Shown here piece after piece: positions 1 through 10,325 of a stretch of DNA of 64,000 bases. Each line of letters starts with the position of its first letter. Positions within the stretch are counted from its first letter, which is position 1. The position numbers and the translations under genes are program-made. The DNA comes from a virus (taxonomy: Duplodnaviria > Caudoviricetes): IMG/VR virus record IMGVR_UViG_3300043447_000395, positions 40,090-104,089 of that record. One strand, 5' to 3'. Under the pieces are notes generated by a model. The model saw nothing but the letters and a program-made list of their open reading frames with translations. It was not told the origin of the DNA and did no database searches.

Positions 1-1276
1 TAATCACCCAAATAAGAAATTTTTCTTCTTTATAACACATACTCCTGGTCAATCTTTTATAAGAATTATGGAAGGTAATTCACCAATGCAACAAGAGGTG
101 ATTGATTGTTTAAAAAGAAATCCAAATTTCAATGTGATTTTTGGGAATGAACAAGAGTATGAGCATTATCATTCATTTAAGGCACTACATTATTGGTTAA
201 AAATGAATGGAATAAATGGGAATCAAATCTATATGGTTAACAACAATATTGATTTGAAGAGTTATAAAGAAAGATTGAATAGTGACATCAATGTATTCTC
301 TACATCAAAAGTGAGTACTCACATATACATTGCAATGACGTATATGATGCCTGATTTACATTTTAAAGAGGAGAAGAGTGGTAAGTTATTCTTATGTCAT
401 AATAGAAGAGTTCGACCACATAGATATGGATTGTTGGCTTTATTGAAAAAAGAAAATCTTTTGGATGACGTAGATTGGTCATTAGTTTGTGGCTATGAGG
501 CTGCCAATTTTGATTACGTGAGTTGGTATAGAGATATATTTGATATTTGGGATTTAAAAGAGTTACTCCCTGAGATTGATTATTTCCATAGTGTCGATAT
601 GAAGAAATGTATGTTCGAAGAAGAAAAAACTTGGTTTGATGATAGAGTCAATCCCGATGGAGTTTATTGGGGTGAGACTTACACTGCACCAACTTACGAA
701 GAGTCGTATTTTAACATTGTGACCGAATCGGAATATAGTTCTAACACAATACATATTTCCGAAAAATCATTCAAACCTTTTGTTACTTACCAATTCCCTT
801 TAATATTGGCATCTCCAAGACATATTCATGCAATTAGAAAAAGATATGGTTTTGATTTCTTTGATGATGTGATTGATCACAGTTATGATTTAGAACTTAA
901 CCATTCAGAAAGATTAATAAAATTTGTTAAGGAAATAAAAAGAATACAAGAGAATAAAGAATTTTTCATTGAGTTCTATAAGAACAACAAAGAGAGATTT
1001 GTAAAGAATCATGAATTATCAAAAAAATTAACTCATGATACTAGTGATAAAGATTTTCTTAAGAAATTATGCGGTCTTTATGAATATGAATTTGAGACTG
1101 GCGTTAGAAGGGTAAACGAAGACTTTGAAGATGATTTCTATGAAAAACAATTAGAAAGATACGAACAAAGTGGTGTTGAACCTAAAGATCCAATTGAAGT
1201 TGAAACACAAAAATTAATTGAGGGGGTATTAAATCAAGTGACTCCTCAACCTCCCGTAAAAAGAAATTTAATTTAA
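1..1276 (+). CDS. 5'-truncated glycosyltransferase-like protein (GT10/fucosyltransferase-like C-terminal motif)
   Basis: Frame is open from position 2 to the ATG at 68, so the gene starts before the window. Motif YEESYFNIVTES...ISEKSFKPF...FDFFDDVIDHSYD resembles the GT10 E-x(7-8)-(I/V)(S/T)EK region. Confidence 0.45.
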   Translation, partial: NHPNKKFFFFITHTPGQSFIRIMEGNSPMQQEVIDCLKRNPNFNVIFGNEQEYEHYHSFKALHYWLKMNGINGNQIYMVNNNIDLKSYKERLNSDINVFSTSKVSTHIYIAMTYMMPDLHFKEEKSGKLFLCHNRRVRPHRYGLLALLKKENLLDDVDWSLVCGYEAANFDYVSWYRDIFDIWDLKELLPEIDYFHSVDMKKCMFEEEKTWFDDRVNPDGVYWGETYTAPTYEESYFNIVTESEYSSNTIHISEKSFKPFVTYQFPLILASPRHIHAIRKRYGFDFFDDVIDHSYDLELNHSERLIKFVKEIKRIQENKEFFIEFYKNNKERFVKNHELSKKLTHDTSDKDFLKKLCGLYEYEFETGVRRVNEDFEDDFYEKQLERYEQSGVEPKDPIEVETQKLIEGVLNQVTPQPPVKRNLI

Positions 1277-2209
1277 ATGAAAAAAGTATTAATAACAGGT
1301 TGTAGTGGGTTAGTCGGTACCCACTTAATAAAAAAATGTATCGATTTAGGTTACGATGTTGTAGGAACCGATTTATATAGAAATGAATTCTTACCCATGG
1401 ATGGTTGGCGTTTCATCAAGAAAGATTTAACATCACCGAATGGTGTCGAGGAGTTATTTCTAAATAATACCTATGATGTGGTGTTTAATACTTTTGGTGT
1501 TAAAGGTTCACCTATGAGAGCTAAAACTAAACCTGTTGATTTTTTATACCCATCTTTTAAAATCAACACTGAAATAATCAATCAATGTGCTATGTCAAAT
1601 ATTTGGTTGGTTTTTGTTAGTTCGGTTGGTGTTTATGCACCTTCTGAAAAATTCATAGAAGATAGTGTTTGGGAAACATTACCTGGCCAAGCCGATTGGT
1701 TCCCTTCTTGGAGTAAAAGAATGGGTGAGTTATTACTTGAAGCTTATAGTGTTCAATATGGATATAAAAAATGGTCAATAGTACGTCCCGCAAACATATT
1801 TGGTGAGTACGATGATTTTAGTGGTAACGGAACTGTAATAGCATCTACAATTAAAAAAGTTGTTGACTCAAGTGGTCAAATCGAAGCGTGGGGAGACGGT
1901 TCTCCGATTAGAGACTTTGTTTACGCGGGTGATGTTGCAAATGGATTAATTAAGATGTATGAAAATAAAATAAACGATGTTGTAAATTTTGGTTCAGGTA
2001 TTGAAATTACAATTAAAGAAATCGTTAATAAAATAGTTGACATTAGTAATAAAGAAATCGAAGTGAAGTGGGATTCATCTAAACCGAACGGAGATTTAAA
2101 AAGATTAATGGATACAACAAAACAAATAAAATATGATATTTTACCTGAAATATCATTCGATAAAGCTTTAAAAAATGTATATGAATTCTACTCCAATACA
2201 ACCAAATGA
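1277..2209 (+). CDS. NAD-dependent epimerase/dehydratase (GDP-L-fucose synthase-like SDR, non-canonical active site)
   Basis: TGCSGLVG Rossmann motif, RPANIFG, WGDGSPIRDFVYAGD, WDSSKPNG. Confidence 0.85.
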   Translation: MKKVLITGCSGLVGTHLIKKCIDLGYDVVGTDLYRNEFLPMDGWRFIKKDLTSPNGVEELFLNNTYDVVFNTFGVKGSPMRAKTKPVDFLYPSFKINTEIINQCAMSNIWLVFVSSVGVYAPSEKFIEDSVWETLPGQADWFPSWSKRMGELLLEAYSVQYGYKKWSIVRPANIFGEYDDFSGNGTVIASTIKKVVDSSGQIEAWGDGSPIRDFVYAGDVANGLIKMYENKINDVVNFGSGIEITIKEIVNKIVDISNKEIEVKWDSSKPNGDLKRLMDTTKQIKYDILPEISFDKALKNVYEFYSNTTK

Positions 2210-2927
2210 TTATTTAGATGAAGGTGCCTATGTAGGTAACATAATGGATTTTATTAATGATGACGAATATAACGAAATGTTATCAGTGATTGAAAAGGTA
2301 AAAGAATATGCAACTATAAATCGTGAAACTGAATTGTATTGTCGATATATGATTAATGGTGATAATAGTAATTATGAACACAAAATACCATTAAGTGAAG
2401 TCGATTCAAGAGATTTATATATAAAAGAAAATAATTTTACAATTTTTCAAAAATGGTATGAGTTTTCAATTAAAACAGAACCGGAAAAACCAGACCTTTT
2501 CGAATTTTTCATAAAGTTCTGTAAAAGAATCTTAAATCATTTTTATCCCAACTATGAAATTAATTATAATGCGAGAACCGGTGGCTTCACTTTATATGAA
2601 GATGGTCATTTTATTATCGACCATAAAGATGGTAACAACGTTGGTCGTGTTTGTGTAATTATTCTTTATCTTTCCCCTGAATCCGAGTATAATAATGATG
2701 GAGGTGGAGAATTAGTTGTTAAAACTAATTCACATAAACTATACACAATTAAACCAATTTTAGGTACATTTAGTTTATTAGATTTTTCCGAAAATGACAT
2801 TCATCATCAGGTAAACATGGTTAAAAATGGTTTCAAAAGATACGCATTTATTAACTTTTTTAATCTTAAAGAAGGTCAAGAATTTATTGTTAGGGAAGAC
2901 AAAGCGGATCACACAAAATTAATCTAA
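2175..2927 (+). CDS. 2OG-Fe(II) oxygenase (prolyl-4-hydroxylase-like fold)
   Basis: H-x-D (DHKDG), ILYL, GGEL, distal His (HHQV) and Arg (KRYA). Confidence 0.8.
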   Translation: MYMNSTPIQPNDYLDEGAYVGNIMDFINDDEYNEMLSVIEKVKEYATINRETELYCRYMINGDNSNYEHKIPLSEVDSRDLYIKENNFTIFQKWYEFSIKTEPEKPDLFEFFIKFCKRILNHFYPNYEINYNARTGGFTLYEDGHFIIDHKDGNNVGRVCVIILYLSPESEYNNDGGGELVVKTNSHKLYTIKPILGTFSLLDFSENDIHHQVNMVKNGFKRYAFINFFNLKEGQEFIVREDKADHTKLI

Positions 2928-2959
2928 TATAATTTAAACTATAATTTTAAAAACAAAGA

Positions 2960-3934
2960 ATGAACAAAGATGTCAAGATTTTAATCACCGGAGGTTCGGG
3001 GTTAGTAGGTCAAAATTTAACCGAAAGATTAATTAACGAAGGTTATACTAATTTAAGAGTTAACTTACATAAAAGAGGTGTTAGAATTGAATATGACGGT
3101 GTTGAATATACACATCATGATTTACAAACATATCAAGGGTGTCGTGAAGCAACTGAAGGTGTAAATGTAGTATTTCATGCTGCTGCTTCAACATCAAATG
3201 CCGTAGATACTGTCGTTGATCCATTAGCACATGTAACACCTAATGTTGCAATGAATAACTTTTTAATTGATGCATCATGGAGAAGTGGTGTTGAACATTA
3301 CATATTTATATCGTCGAATACTGTGTATCCACCAAAAGGTGATGAACCTGTTGTTGAAAGTGATTTCTTATTTGATGAACCTTACCCCGTTTACTTCCCT
3401 GTTGGTTGGATGAAACGTTACGCTGAGGTTCAATGTGAACTCTACGCAAAATACTTACCTCGAACAATGAAGTGTACTGTTATTAGACCAGCAAATTTGT
3501 TTGGTCCACACGATAAATACGATTTCAACAAGTGTCACGTAACCCCTGCAACAATTCGTAAAGTTGCCGATAAGATGAATCCAATACCAGTATGGGGTGA
3601 TGGTACTGAATTAAGAGATTTATTATATGTTGGTGATTTTGTCGAAGCGTTACAAGTGGTAATGGAAAAAGAAACAGAAATGTTCCAAACATATAATATT
3701 GGTTCTAATGAAGTTCACTCAGTGCTAGAAGTTTTGGATTTAATGAAAACGATTGCTGAATACGATGCACCTACAGAATTTATCAGTGGTAAACCGTCAA
3801 TGATTCCAACACGTAAAATCGATTCTAATAAGATTAAAGAAAAATTAGGTTGGGAATCTACCACATCATTGGCAATTGGATTAAAGAAAGCCTACGATTG
3901 GTATAACGAAAACAAAAGTGAATTTAATAAATAA
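2960..3934 (+). CDS. NAD-dependent epimerase/reductase (GDP-L-fucose synthase-like SDR)
   Basis: TGGSGLVG, HAAA, RPANLFGPHDKYD..CHVTPATIRK, WGDGTELRDLLYVGD. Confidence 0.85.
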   Translation: MNKDVKILITGGSGLVGQNLTERLINEGYTNLRVNLHKRGVRIEYDGVEYTHHDLQTYQGCREATEGVNVVFHAAASTSNAVDTVVDPLAHVTPNVAMNNFLIDASWRSGVEHYIFISSNTVYPPKGDEPVVESDFLFDEPYPVYFPVGWMKRYAEVQCELYAKYLPRTMKCTVIRPANLFGPHDKYDFNKCHVTPATIRKVADKMNPIPVWGDGTELRDLLYVGDFVEALQVVMEKETEMFQTYNIGSNEVHSVLEVLDLMKTIAEYDAPTEFISGKPSMIPTRKIDSNKIKEKLGWESTTSLAIGLKKAYDWYNENKSEFNK

Positions 3935-5070
3935 TGTGGTTAGAATCACAGAAATATCATTTACATATTGAACTAACATCTAAGTGCAATTCGGCTTGTC
4001 CGAATTGTCCTAGATTTGTTATGGGTTCCACAAAGTTAAATCCAGCAGTTTCATTAGGTGAAATCAAATTAAAAGACATCAAGAAATGGTTTAGTGTTGA
4101 TTTCATTAAAAAAATTGGTAGTATAAACTTTTGTGGTAACTTAGGTGACCCTACGAATTGTACTGAGATGAATGAAATTGTTGAATACTTTTATAAGAAC
4201 AACAATCAAATCATGATTGAAATACATACCAATGGTGGAGCCAGAAATGTTGATTTTTGGAAAAAATTAGGTGAACTCTCTAAAATTGCTGGTGACAATA
4301 TTTTAGTCATTTTTAGTGTAGATGGATTAGAAGAAACTAACCACATTTACAGAAGAAATGTTAAGTGGGAAAAACTTGTAGAGAACATTACCACATATAC
4401 AAGTAACGGTGGCTATGCCATATGGGAATTCTTATTATTTGCACATAACGAACATGAAATCTATTTGGCCAAATATAAATCTAAAGAATATGGTTTTAGA
4501 CATATTAGATTTAAAAGAGCCGCAGGTTTTGAAGACTACTTAAATAGTAGAACAGTACCTATGGGTGTCTACGATAAAGAGGGTAATTTAGAATATGTTA
4601 TCGAACCATCTGTTGATTATCCTAATTCATCACTACCATATGTTGGTAATCAGTGTACTCCTCCAAGTAAAGTAAACTTAGACATTTATAATTATAATTT
4701 TAATCGTTTAGATTACGAAGAGTATTCGATTTTTAAAAATAATAAGATTACTTGTAAATCATTAAAACCTAATGGTGAGATTGAAGTATTTTTAAGTTAT
4801 AAAGGTGAGATAAGACCTTGTTGTTTTATTGGTGTTGATTTGGATAAACACTCTTTAGGTGGTTACAATACCCAATTAAAAGAAATATTTAATTATGACT
4901 GTAATTTAAACACCAATAGTTTAGATAATATTTTAGAATTTTTTGATAAAAAAATAAAAGATAAATGGAATGATACATTTGAAAATGGTAAATGTATAAA
5001 ATGTAGTATGACATGTGGTATATCCTCACAAATCGATCATTCGAGATTATATAATGATATTGAAATATAA
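3934..5070 (+). CDS. Radical SAM protein with C-terminal SPASM/twitch-like cysteines
   Basis: CNSACPNC (CxxxCxxC), GNLGDP, HTNG, FSVDG, C-terminal PCC...CIKCSMTC. Confidence 0.85.
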   Translation: MWLESQKYHLHIELTSKCNSACPNCPRFVMGSTKLNPAVSLGEIKLKDIKKWFSVDFIKKIGSINFCGNLGDPTNCTEMNEIVEYFYKNNNQIMIEIHTNGGARNVDFWKKLGELSKIAGDNILVIFSVDGLEETNHIYRRNVKWEKLVENITTYTSNGGYAIWEFLLFAHNEHEIYLAKYKSKEYGFRHIRFKRAAGFEDYLNSRTVPMGVYDKEGNLEYVIEPSVDYPNSSLPYVGNQCTPPSKVNLDIYNYNFNRLDYEEYSIFKNNKITCKSLKPNGEIEVFLSYKGEIRPCCFIGVDLDKHSLGGYNTQLKEIFNYDCNLNTNSLDNILEFFDKKIKDKWNDTFENGKCIKCSMTCGISSQIDHSRLYNDIEI

Positions 5071-5073
5071 ATT

Positions 5074-6066
5074 ATGAAAACAAAATCAGATAAAGTTTAC
5101 AAAGGAATGGTTTTCGCAGGCTGTTCTTTTACTTGGGGTCAAGGATTGTATTATTACTCTAATCTACCGACATTACAAGAACCCCCACCAGATGCTTATA
5201 ACTCACAATTGGTAACTCATTCACATAATGCATATAGAAAAACATTATATTTTCCGAGATTAGTTGCTAATCACTTTAACACTTTTGAAGTTTCGATGAT
5301 TCAAAATGGTGGTTCAGAACAAACATCATTAGATTATTTAAAATGTGTTCACGGAATTGCGGAACCTAACACTGGATTTTATACAATGAACCATTCATTT
5401 GATGAAATCGAATACATTGTATTTCAAACATCACAACCACAAAGAAATACCCATTACTATGTGTATCAATCACCATATGATGGTAATGAATATGAATTAT
5501 CAGAATTTAGAACATATTCACCTGATACACATGATAAGTTTTACAAATATCTTGCTCATCAGAAAAAAACATACTTTGATGAATGGTATAATGAACACAT
5601 GAAAACTTGGGTTCGTATATTAAAACATAATTTACAATTTTACGAATCTAAAGGTATTAAAACATTAATCGTGAATTGGGAGGCGGAATACTTACCTTTT
5701 ATTAATGAAGATGAATGGTTATCAAAAAGAAGTATTGGTCTCGAATTTGAAGGTAAAGAATACACTTGTATTAGACAATTAATGAATGAGAATAGATTCT
5801 TACACATTAATAGTGATGAGGAACATTTTGAGGATACTCCTAAAGATCATCACCCATCAAAACAATGTCACAGAATTATCGCAGATAATATCATTAAAAA
5901 AATTGAGTCTAAGGACATCGTTTACGGTGACATGTTAGGTAAAAACATCGAACATTTAGAATACGACACAATCGTCGACAACATTTATAGTGACCGTGTC
6001 ACATATAATCCTAAAACAAGAAAAATAGAAAAAAAAGAAGATAATGGTACAAACAAGCTCATATAA
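5074..6066 (+). CDS. SGNH/GDSL-like hydrolase or acyltransferase
   Basis: N-terminal GCSFTWG, GGS block, C-terminal DHHP. Confidence 0.6.
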   Translation: MKTKSDKVYKGMVFAGCSFTWGQGLYYYSNLPTLQEPPPDAYNSQLVTHSHNAYRKTLYFPRLVANHFNTFEVSMIQNGGSEQTSLDYLKCVHGIAEPNTGFYTMNHSFDEIEYIVFQTSQPQRNTHYYVYQSPYDGNEYELSEFRTYSPDTHDKFYKYLAHQKKTYFDEWYNEHMKTWVRILKHNLQFYESKGIKTLIVNWEAEYLPFINEDEWLSKRSIGLEFEGKEYTCIRQLMNENRFLHINSDEEHFEDTPKDHHPSKQCHRIIADNIIKKIESKDIVYGDMLGKNIEHLEYDTIVDNIYSDRVTYNPKTRKIEKKEDNGTNKLI

Positions 6067-6583
6067 AGACGCATTAACTAATTCAATGACATATCTTGGT
6101 CAACAACCAGATACGGTCTTTATCGGTCAACAAGTTCTTTGGCACGGTAATCCAATGAGTACTACTATTGGTGAAGTTCCAAAAGACAAATTAATTGAGG
6201 TTCCGGTAATGGAAGAATCACAAATGGGTATGTCATTAGGCATGGCGATGACTGGACAATTTGTTATCACATTTTACCCGAGATGGGATTTTTTAATCTG
6301 TGCAACAAATCAATTAGTTAATCATGTTGATAAAATTAATTTAATGAGTCAAGGTAAATGGAATCCTAATATGATTATTAGATTAGGTAAGGGTTCAGAT
6401 AAACCTTTAGACCCAGGTCATCAACATAGAGGTAATTACTTTGACGAGTTTAAGTCTATGTGTCCTAACATTAAATTCCACGATTTGAAAGACGATAAAG
6501 AAATCGAATCGATTTATAAAAATGTTTACTCTGAGGGTGGTATTCATGTAATTGTTGAATACCCTGAGTTATATTACGTATAA
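6044..6583 (+). CDS. ThDP-dependent dehydrogenase/transketolase E1 beta-like subunit (pyrimidine-binding domain only)
   Basis: PVMEESQMGMSLGMAMTG, DFLICATNQLVN, GHQH; 179 aa, no C-terminal domain. Confidence 0.8.
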   Translation: MVQTSSYKDALTNSMTYLGQQPDTVFIGQQVLWHGNPMSTTIGEVPKDKLIEVPVMEESQMGMSLGMAMTGQFVITFYPRWDFLICATNQLVNHVDKINLMSQGKWNPNMIIRLGKGSDKPLDPGHQHRGNYFDEFKSMCPNIKFHDLKDDKEIESIYKNVYSEGGIHVIVEYPELYYV

Positions 6584-6591
6584 AATAAGTT

Positions 6592-7479
6592 ATGGTAAAA
6601 CATTTAATTACAGGTGGTTGTAGTTTTAGTCATTCGGGTGCGGTGAGTGAAACATGGTTAGGTTCGTTAGTTGATTGGATGAAAGAAAAAAATCCTGAAT
6701 TGACTTTCGAACATACGGGTTATTCAAGTAATGGTCAAGATTTAATTCAGAAGAAGGTTATGTTATCATTATCTGAAGCACTTGATTCAGGTTTAAATCC
6801 TGATGAAATTTTAGTAGTTGTAATGTGGAGCGGGACCTTTCGTAAAGCTTGGTACATCGATAATCCATATGTGATTAAAGAAATGACAAACGAATGGTTA
6901 AAGTTTGTCGGTGGCATGTCAAGTCAATTTTTGGATTTAAAAAATAGTGTAGGTGATAATCCTAATTATTTCTACACCAAGAATGGTAGTAAATTTGAAT
7001 ACAACGCTAAGGGAGGTTGGTATTTTACTGTAAACGGTAGTGATTGTAAATTAGACTTTGTCCAAACACATTATCTTTTAGATGGTGATATGTATAATGG
7101 AATTGGTAAAATACATTCAAGTTTAGAGAACATCGTAATGCTTCAAAATTATTGTAAATTAAAAAATGTTAAGTTAATTAATCAGTTTTTTATGGACCAC
7201 GTTTTTGAAGACATCGAAAAGAATAAAGAACACCAATTGATAAACTACTTATACAATCAATTAGATTTTGATAATATGATTGTGGAAGGTATGTTTGAAT
7301 ATCTTCATACTCTATTAGGGATTGAAAGAAAGGATTCAATTAATGTTACTCATGAAGGTAGATTAGAAATTGATAAGGACACCAAATACTTTAATAAAGA
7401 TGGGTTTCATCCTAGTAGATACGGTGCAGACTTATGGTGTCAGAATAATTTATTCCCCTTTTTAAATAATAAAATATAA
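6592..7479 (+). CDS. SGNH-like protein
   Basis: GGCSFS, VMWSG, DGFHP. Confidence 0.6.
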   Translation: MVKHLITGGCSFSHSGAVSETWLGSLVDWMKEKNPELTFEHTGYSSNGQDLIQKKVMLSLSEALDSGLNPDEILVVVMWSGTFRKAWYIDNPYVIKEMTNEWLKFVGGMSSQFLDLKNSVGDNPNYFYTKNGSKFEYNAKGGWYFTVNGSDCKLDFVQTHYLLDGDMYNGIGKIHSSLENIVMLQNYCKLKNVKLINQFFMDHVFEDIEKNKEHQLINYLYNQLDFDNMIVEGMFEYLHTLLGIERKDSINVTHEGRLEIDKDTKYFNKDGFHPSRYGADLWCQNNLFPFLNNKI

Positions 7480-8282
7480 TGAATAAGAAAAGGTTTTTTT
7501 CTTTTGGTTGTAGTTTTACTAAAGATTGGGGATGTCCAACATGGTCCGATTTTATTGGTATTCAATTCGATGAATATTATAATTTAGCAATGCCGGGGTC
7601 GTCAAATACTTTAATAATGCAGAGGTTTATTGAAAGTGACCTTTTTTATAATTTCAATAAAGATACTGACGTCATAATGATTGCCATAAGTGGATTAGGC
7701 AGAGTGAGTTTTCCTGTGACAAAATATAATGATCACGTAAAAAAAGATATGGACCATTTTTATAGTAGAGGTGATATTGATTCGTGTACATCAAGTGACA
7801 GTGATACTCCCGAAATACTTGAAATTGTTGATTTTGTTAAAACTAAATTTCATAAAAAAAGATATAGTGTTTTTGATTCATTCATTGCCGTTAAAGTAAT
7901 GAAAGATTTGTTAACCTCAAAGGGTATTGAACATAAGATTATTGCAGCATTGGATTATAAAATATATATCGACAATGCTGAAGTATATGGTATTGATTAC
8001 CAATTAAAATCTTACTTAGTTAAACTACAAGATATGTTAGACATAAAGGAATCAATAAATGAATTTGATGATTTTTCAGAACATCATCCCATACCAAAAA
8101 CATATTACTCTTTTTTGGAGAAACATTTACCTGAATATATTGGTCAAAAATCTTTAGAATTATTGAATGCCGATTATGGGGATAATTTTAATAAGTGGAT
8201 AATAGGGAAATATCCTGATTATCAAATGTTAAATGAATTTGACGCCACCAATCACCCGACATTTTGTTTTGGGTATTTTTAA
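7479..8282 (+). CDS. SGNH-like protein
   Basis: FGCSFT, NLAMPGSSN, EHHP. Confidence 0.6.
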   Translation: MNKKRFFSFGCSFTKDWGCPTWSDFIGIQFDEYYNLAMPGSSNTLIMQRFIESDLFYNFNKDTDVIMIAISGLGRVSFPVTKYNDHVKKDMDHFYSRGDIDSCTSSDSDTPEILEIVDFVKTKFHKKRYSVFDSFIAVKVMKDLLTSKGIEHKIIAALDYKIYIDNAEVYGIDYQLKSYLVKLQDMLDIKESINEFDDFSEHHPIPKTYYSFLEKHLPEYIGQKSLELLNADYGDNFNKWIIGKYPDYQMLNEFDATNHPTFCFGYF

Positions 8283-9091
8283 AAGTTAGGTCTGTTTTTT
8301 TGTAAATTACTAACTATCAAACCAGTTAAATAATCGTCTTTAGTGTAATATCCGTCATGGTTTATATTTTCGGTATATCTTAATATTGTATCAAAAACTA
8401 CTGCCATATAATAATTACCATATCTACCATAGTGACGGTCTTCTATTTTCCCGTTCGTTTCTTGTTCAATGGTTAGAAGATTATGTTCAGGTATAATGTC
8501 CTTATAAAAGTCATTATCTATCTCCCAAACAAAATATTTTTCCTTTTCAAAAATAACATTGTGTTGAGCAATTGGTGCCCAAACAATTGGTTTATAGTTG
8601 TTATGTAATTGAATTAGATAATTCATAAAAGGGACAGTATTCCTTCTTAAATAACCGTGTGGGTTGTCAACACTCTCCATCCTATATAATGTTTGGTCAT
8701 ATAAGATTTTAGTTTTTATATTGGTATCGTAATCTGGTTGTGCACCGCCAGTAATAACCATATTATTACCTCTTTTCCCTATCCAATTATATCTATTTAA
8801 ACCTGTCCAATTTAAAATTATTCTGTCTCCTATATTGAAGTTTAAACCAATTTCAGCAAATTGATTAAATATTGAATAATTTGAACATCCCGTCTGCGCC
8901 AAATTATTAATCTCGTGACCCCATAACTTAAGATAATCACTCCAATGTAAAGGGTCGGTGATTTTATTTTCCCTTAATAATTTAATATACCTGTAAATCC
9001 CATCAGTTGATTCAATGCCATTATTTAATTTATTAATTGATTCTGTAAATATATTATCACTAAACGAATCACCTAATATATGTAGTCTCAT
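8279..9091 (-). CDS. SGNH-like protein (paralog of 9095-9892)
   Basis: LGDSFS, NLAQTGCSN, NWTG..R, DRHYG. Confidence 0.6.
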   Translation of the reverse strand: MRLHILGDSFSDNIFTESINKLNNGIESTDGIYRYIKLLRENKITDPLHWSDYLKLWGHEINNLAQTGCSNYSIFNQFAEIGLNFNIGDRIILNWTGLNRYNWIGKRGNNMVITGGAQPDYDTNIKTKILYDQTLYRMESVDNPHGYLRRNTVPFMNYLIQLHNNYKPIVWAPIAQHNVIFEKEKYFVWEIDNDFYKDIIPEHNLLTIEQETNGKIEDRHYGRYGNYYMAVVFDTILRYTENINHDGYYTKDDYLTGLIVSNLQKNRPNF

Positions 9092-9094
9092 AAA

Positions 9095-9892
9095 TTATAA
9101 TTCAATGATGTTATGAGGTGTTGTTTTTATTTTCTCTTCTATTTTTGAAATTAATTCCGAATCTTTTGTGTAGTATCCGTCATGTTCAATATCATCAGTG
9201 TGTTCTAAAATTGTATTAAAAATTAATGCGGTGTAGAAATTACCATACCTACCATAATGTTGATCATTTATTTTCCCACTTGTTTCTTCATTAATTTCCA
9301 ATCTACTATATTCCGGTATAATATTTTCAAAAATAGGATCCTTGACATTCCAAATAAATCTTTTTTGATTTTCTATAATTTTGGAAATGTTTTCAAAAGG
9401 GGACCAAATAATTGGTTTCTTGTTCGTGTAGTTTTCAACAAAAAAAGAAATGAAATCCAAAGTTCTATTTTTTAAAATTTGACTACGTTCCCTATTTAAT
9501 CCTTGTTCAACTAAAATTTCATCAATTGTGGTCAATTTAGAATTTGGAGGCATTCCTCCTGTAAATGTTCTTACAATATTCTTTTCACAATACCAATCAA
9601 ATCTAACAAATCCGGTCCAATTTATTATAATTCTATCAAACGGTTTTTTAATTTGTGTAAACTGATGAAAGATAGATTCATTCGAACATCCTCCCTGACC
9701 TAAATTAATAACTTCGTGTCCCCATAGTTTTAAATAATCTTCAAAATAAAGTGGGTCAGGTAAATTTTTACTCTTTATTAATTTGACATATTCATTAAGT
9801 TGTCCTTCACTATGTGTACCATTTTTAATTGCATTTATTTCATATTTAAATAAATTGTCAGTAAAAGAATCGCCTAAAACATATATTTTCAT
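9095..9892 (-). CDS. SGNH-like protein (paralog of 8279-9091)
   Basis: LGDSFT, NLGQGGCSN, NWTG..R, DQHYGRYGN. Confidence 0.6.
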   Translation of the reverse strand: MKIYVLGDSFTDNLFKYEINAIKNGTHSEGQLNEYVKLIKSKNLPDPLYFEDYLKLWGHEVINLGQGGCSNESIFHQFTQIKKPFDRIIINWTGFVRFDWYCEKNIVRTFTGGMPPNSKLTTIDEILVEQGLNRERSQILKNRTLDFISFFVENYTNKKPIIWSPFENISKIIENQKRFIWNVKDPIFENIIPEYSRLEINEETSGKINDQHYGRYGNFYTALIFNTILEHTDDIEHDGYYTKDSELISKIEEKIKTTPHNIIEL

Positions 9893-10317
9893 TAACCTAA
9901 ATTTTCTTCACTACCCCAACTTATGTTCCAGTCTTTGAATTCAGCGGCTAAACAGTCAATTTTATAATCTTTTCTACCGCCCATCACTTCTTGGATTTTA
10001 TTTTTAGCGGTGTTACGTATACCATTTAAACCGTGAGTTAACGCCAAAGCGTTTGGACCTTCTTTACCACTTCTGACGTTCGATTCGTTGTGCCAAATAT
10101 GTAGATTCATTTGTGCAAGTACTATGATTGCTCTGATTTGTTCTCCGGTGATTCTACCATCAGTTTGACTTAATAGTAATTCGACATCATGAACAATATC
10201 AGCTATTTCTTGAGCATATTCTTCTTTATGGTCAGTAATAAACACTTCTTTTAGTTGTGAGATAGATAATCTATCAATCAATTCCGCCAATGTCGGTAGA
10301 TATTTTCTTTGTTCCAT
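9892..10317 (-). CDS. Hypothetical helical protein (DUF4254/DUF6165-like)
   Basis: LAELIDRLSISQLK and N..IWH.E...R motifs resemble these families. Confidence 0.35.
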   Translation of the reverse strand: MEQRKYLPTLAELIDRLSISQLKEVFITDHKEEYAQEIADIVHDVELLLSQTDGRITGEQIRAIIVLAQMNLHIWHNESNVRSGKEGPNALALTHGLNGIRNTAKNKIQEVMGGRKDYKIDCLAAEFKDWNISWGSEENLG

Positions 10318-10325
10318 ATTAATAA

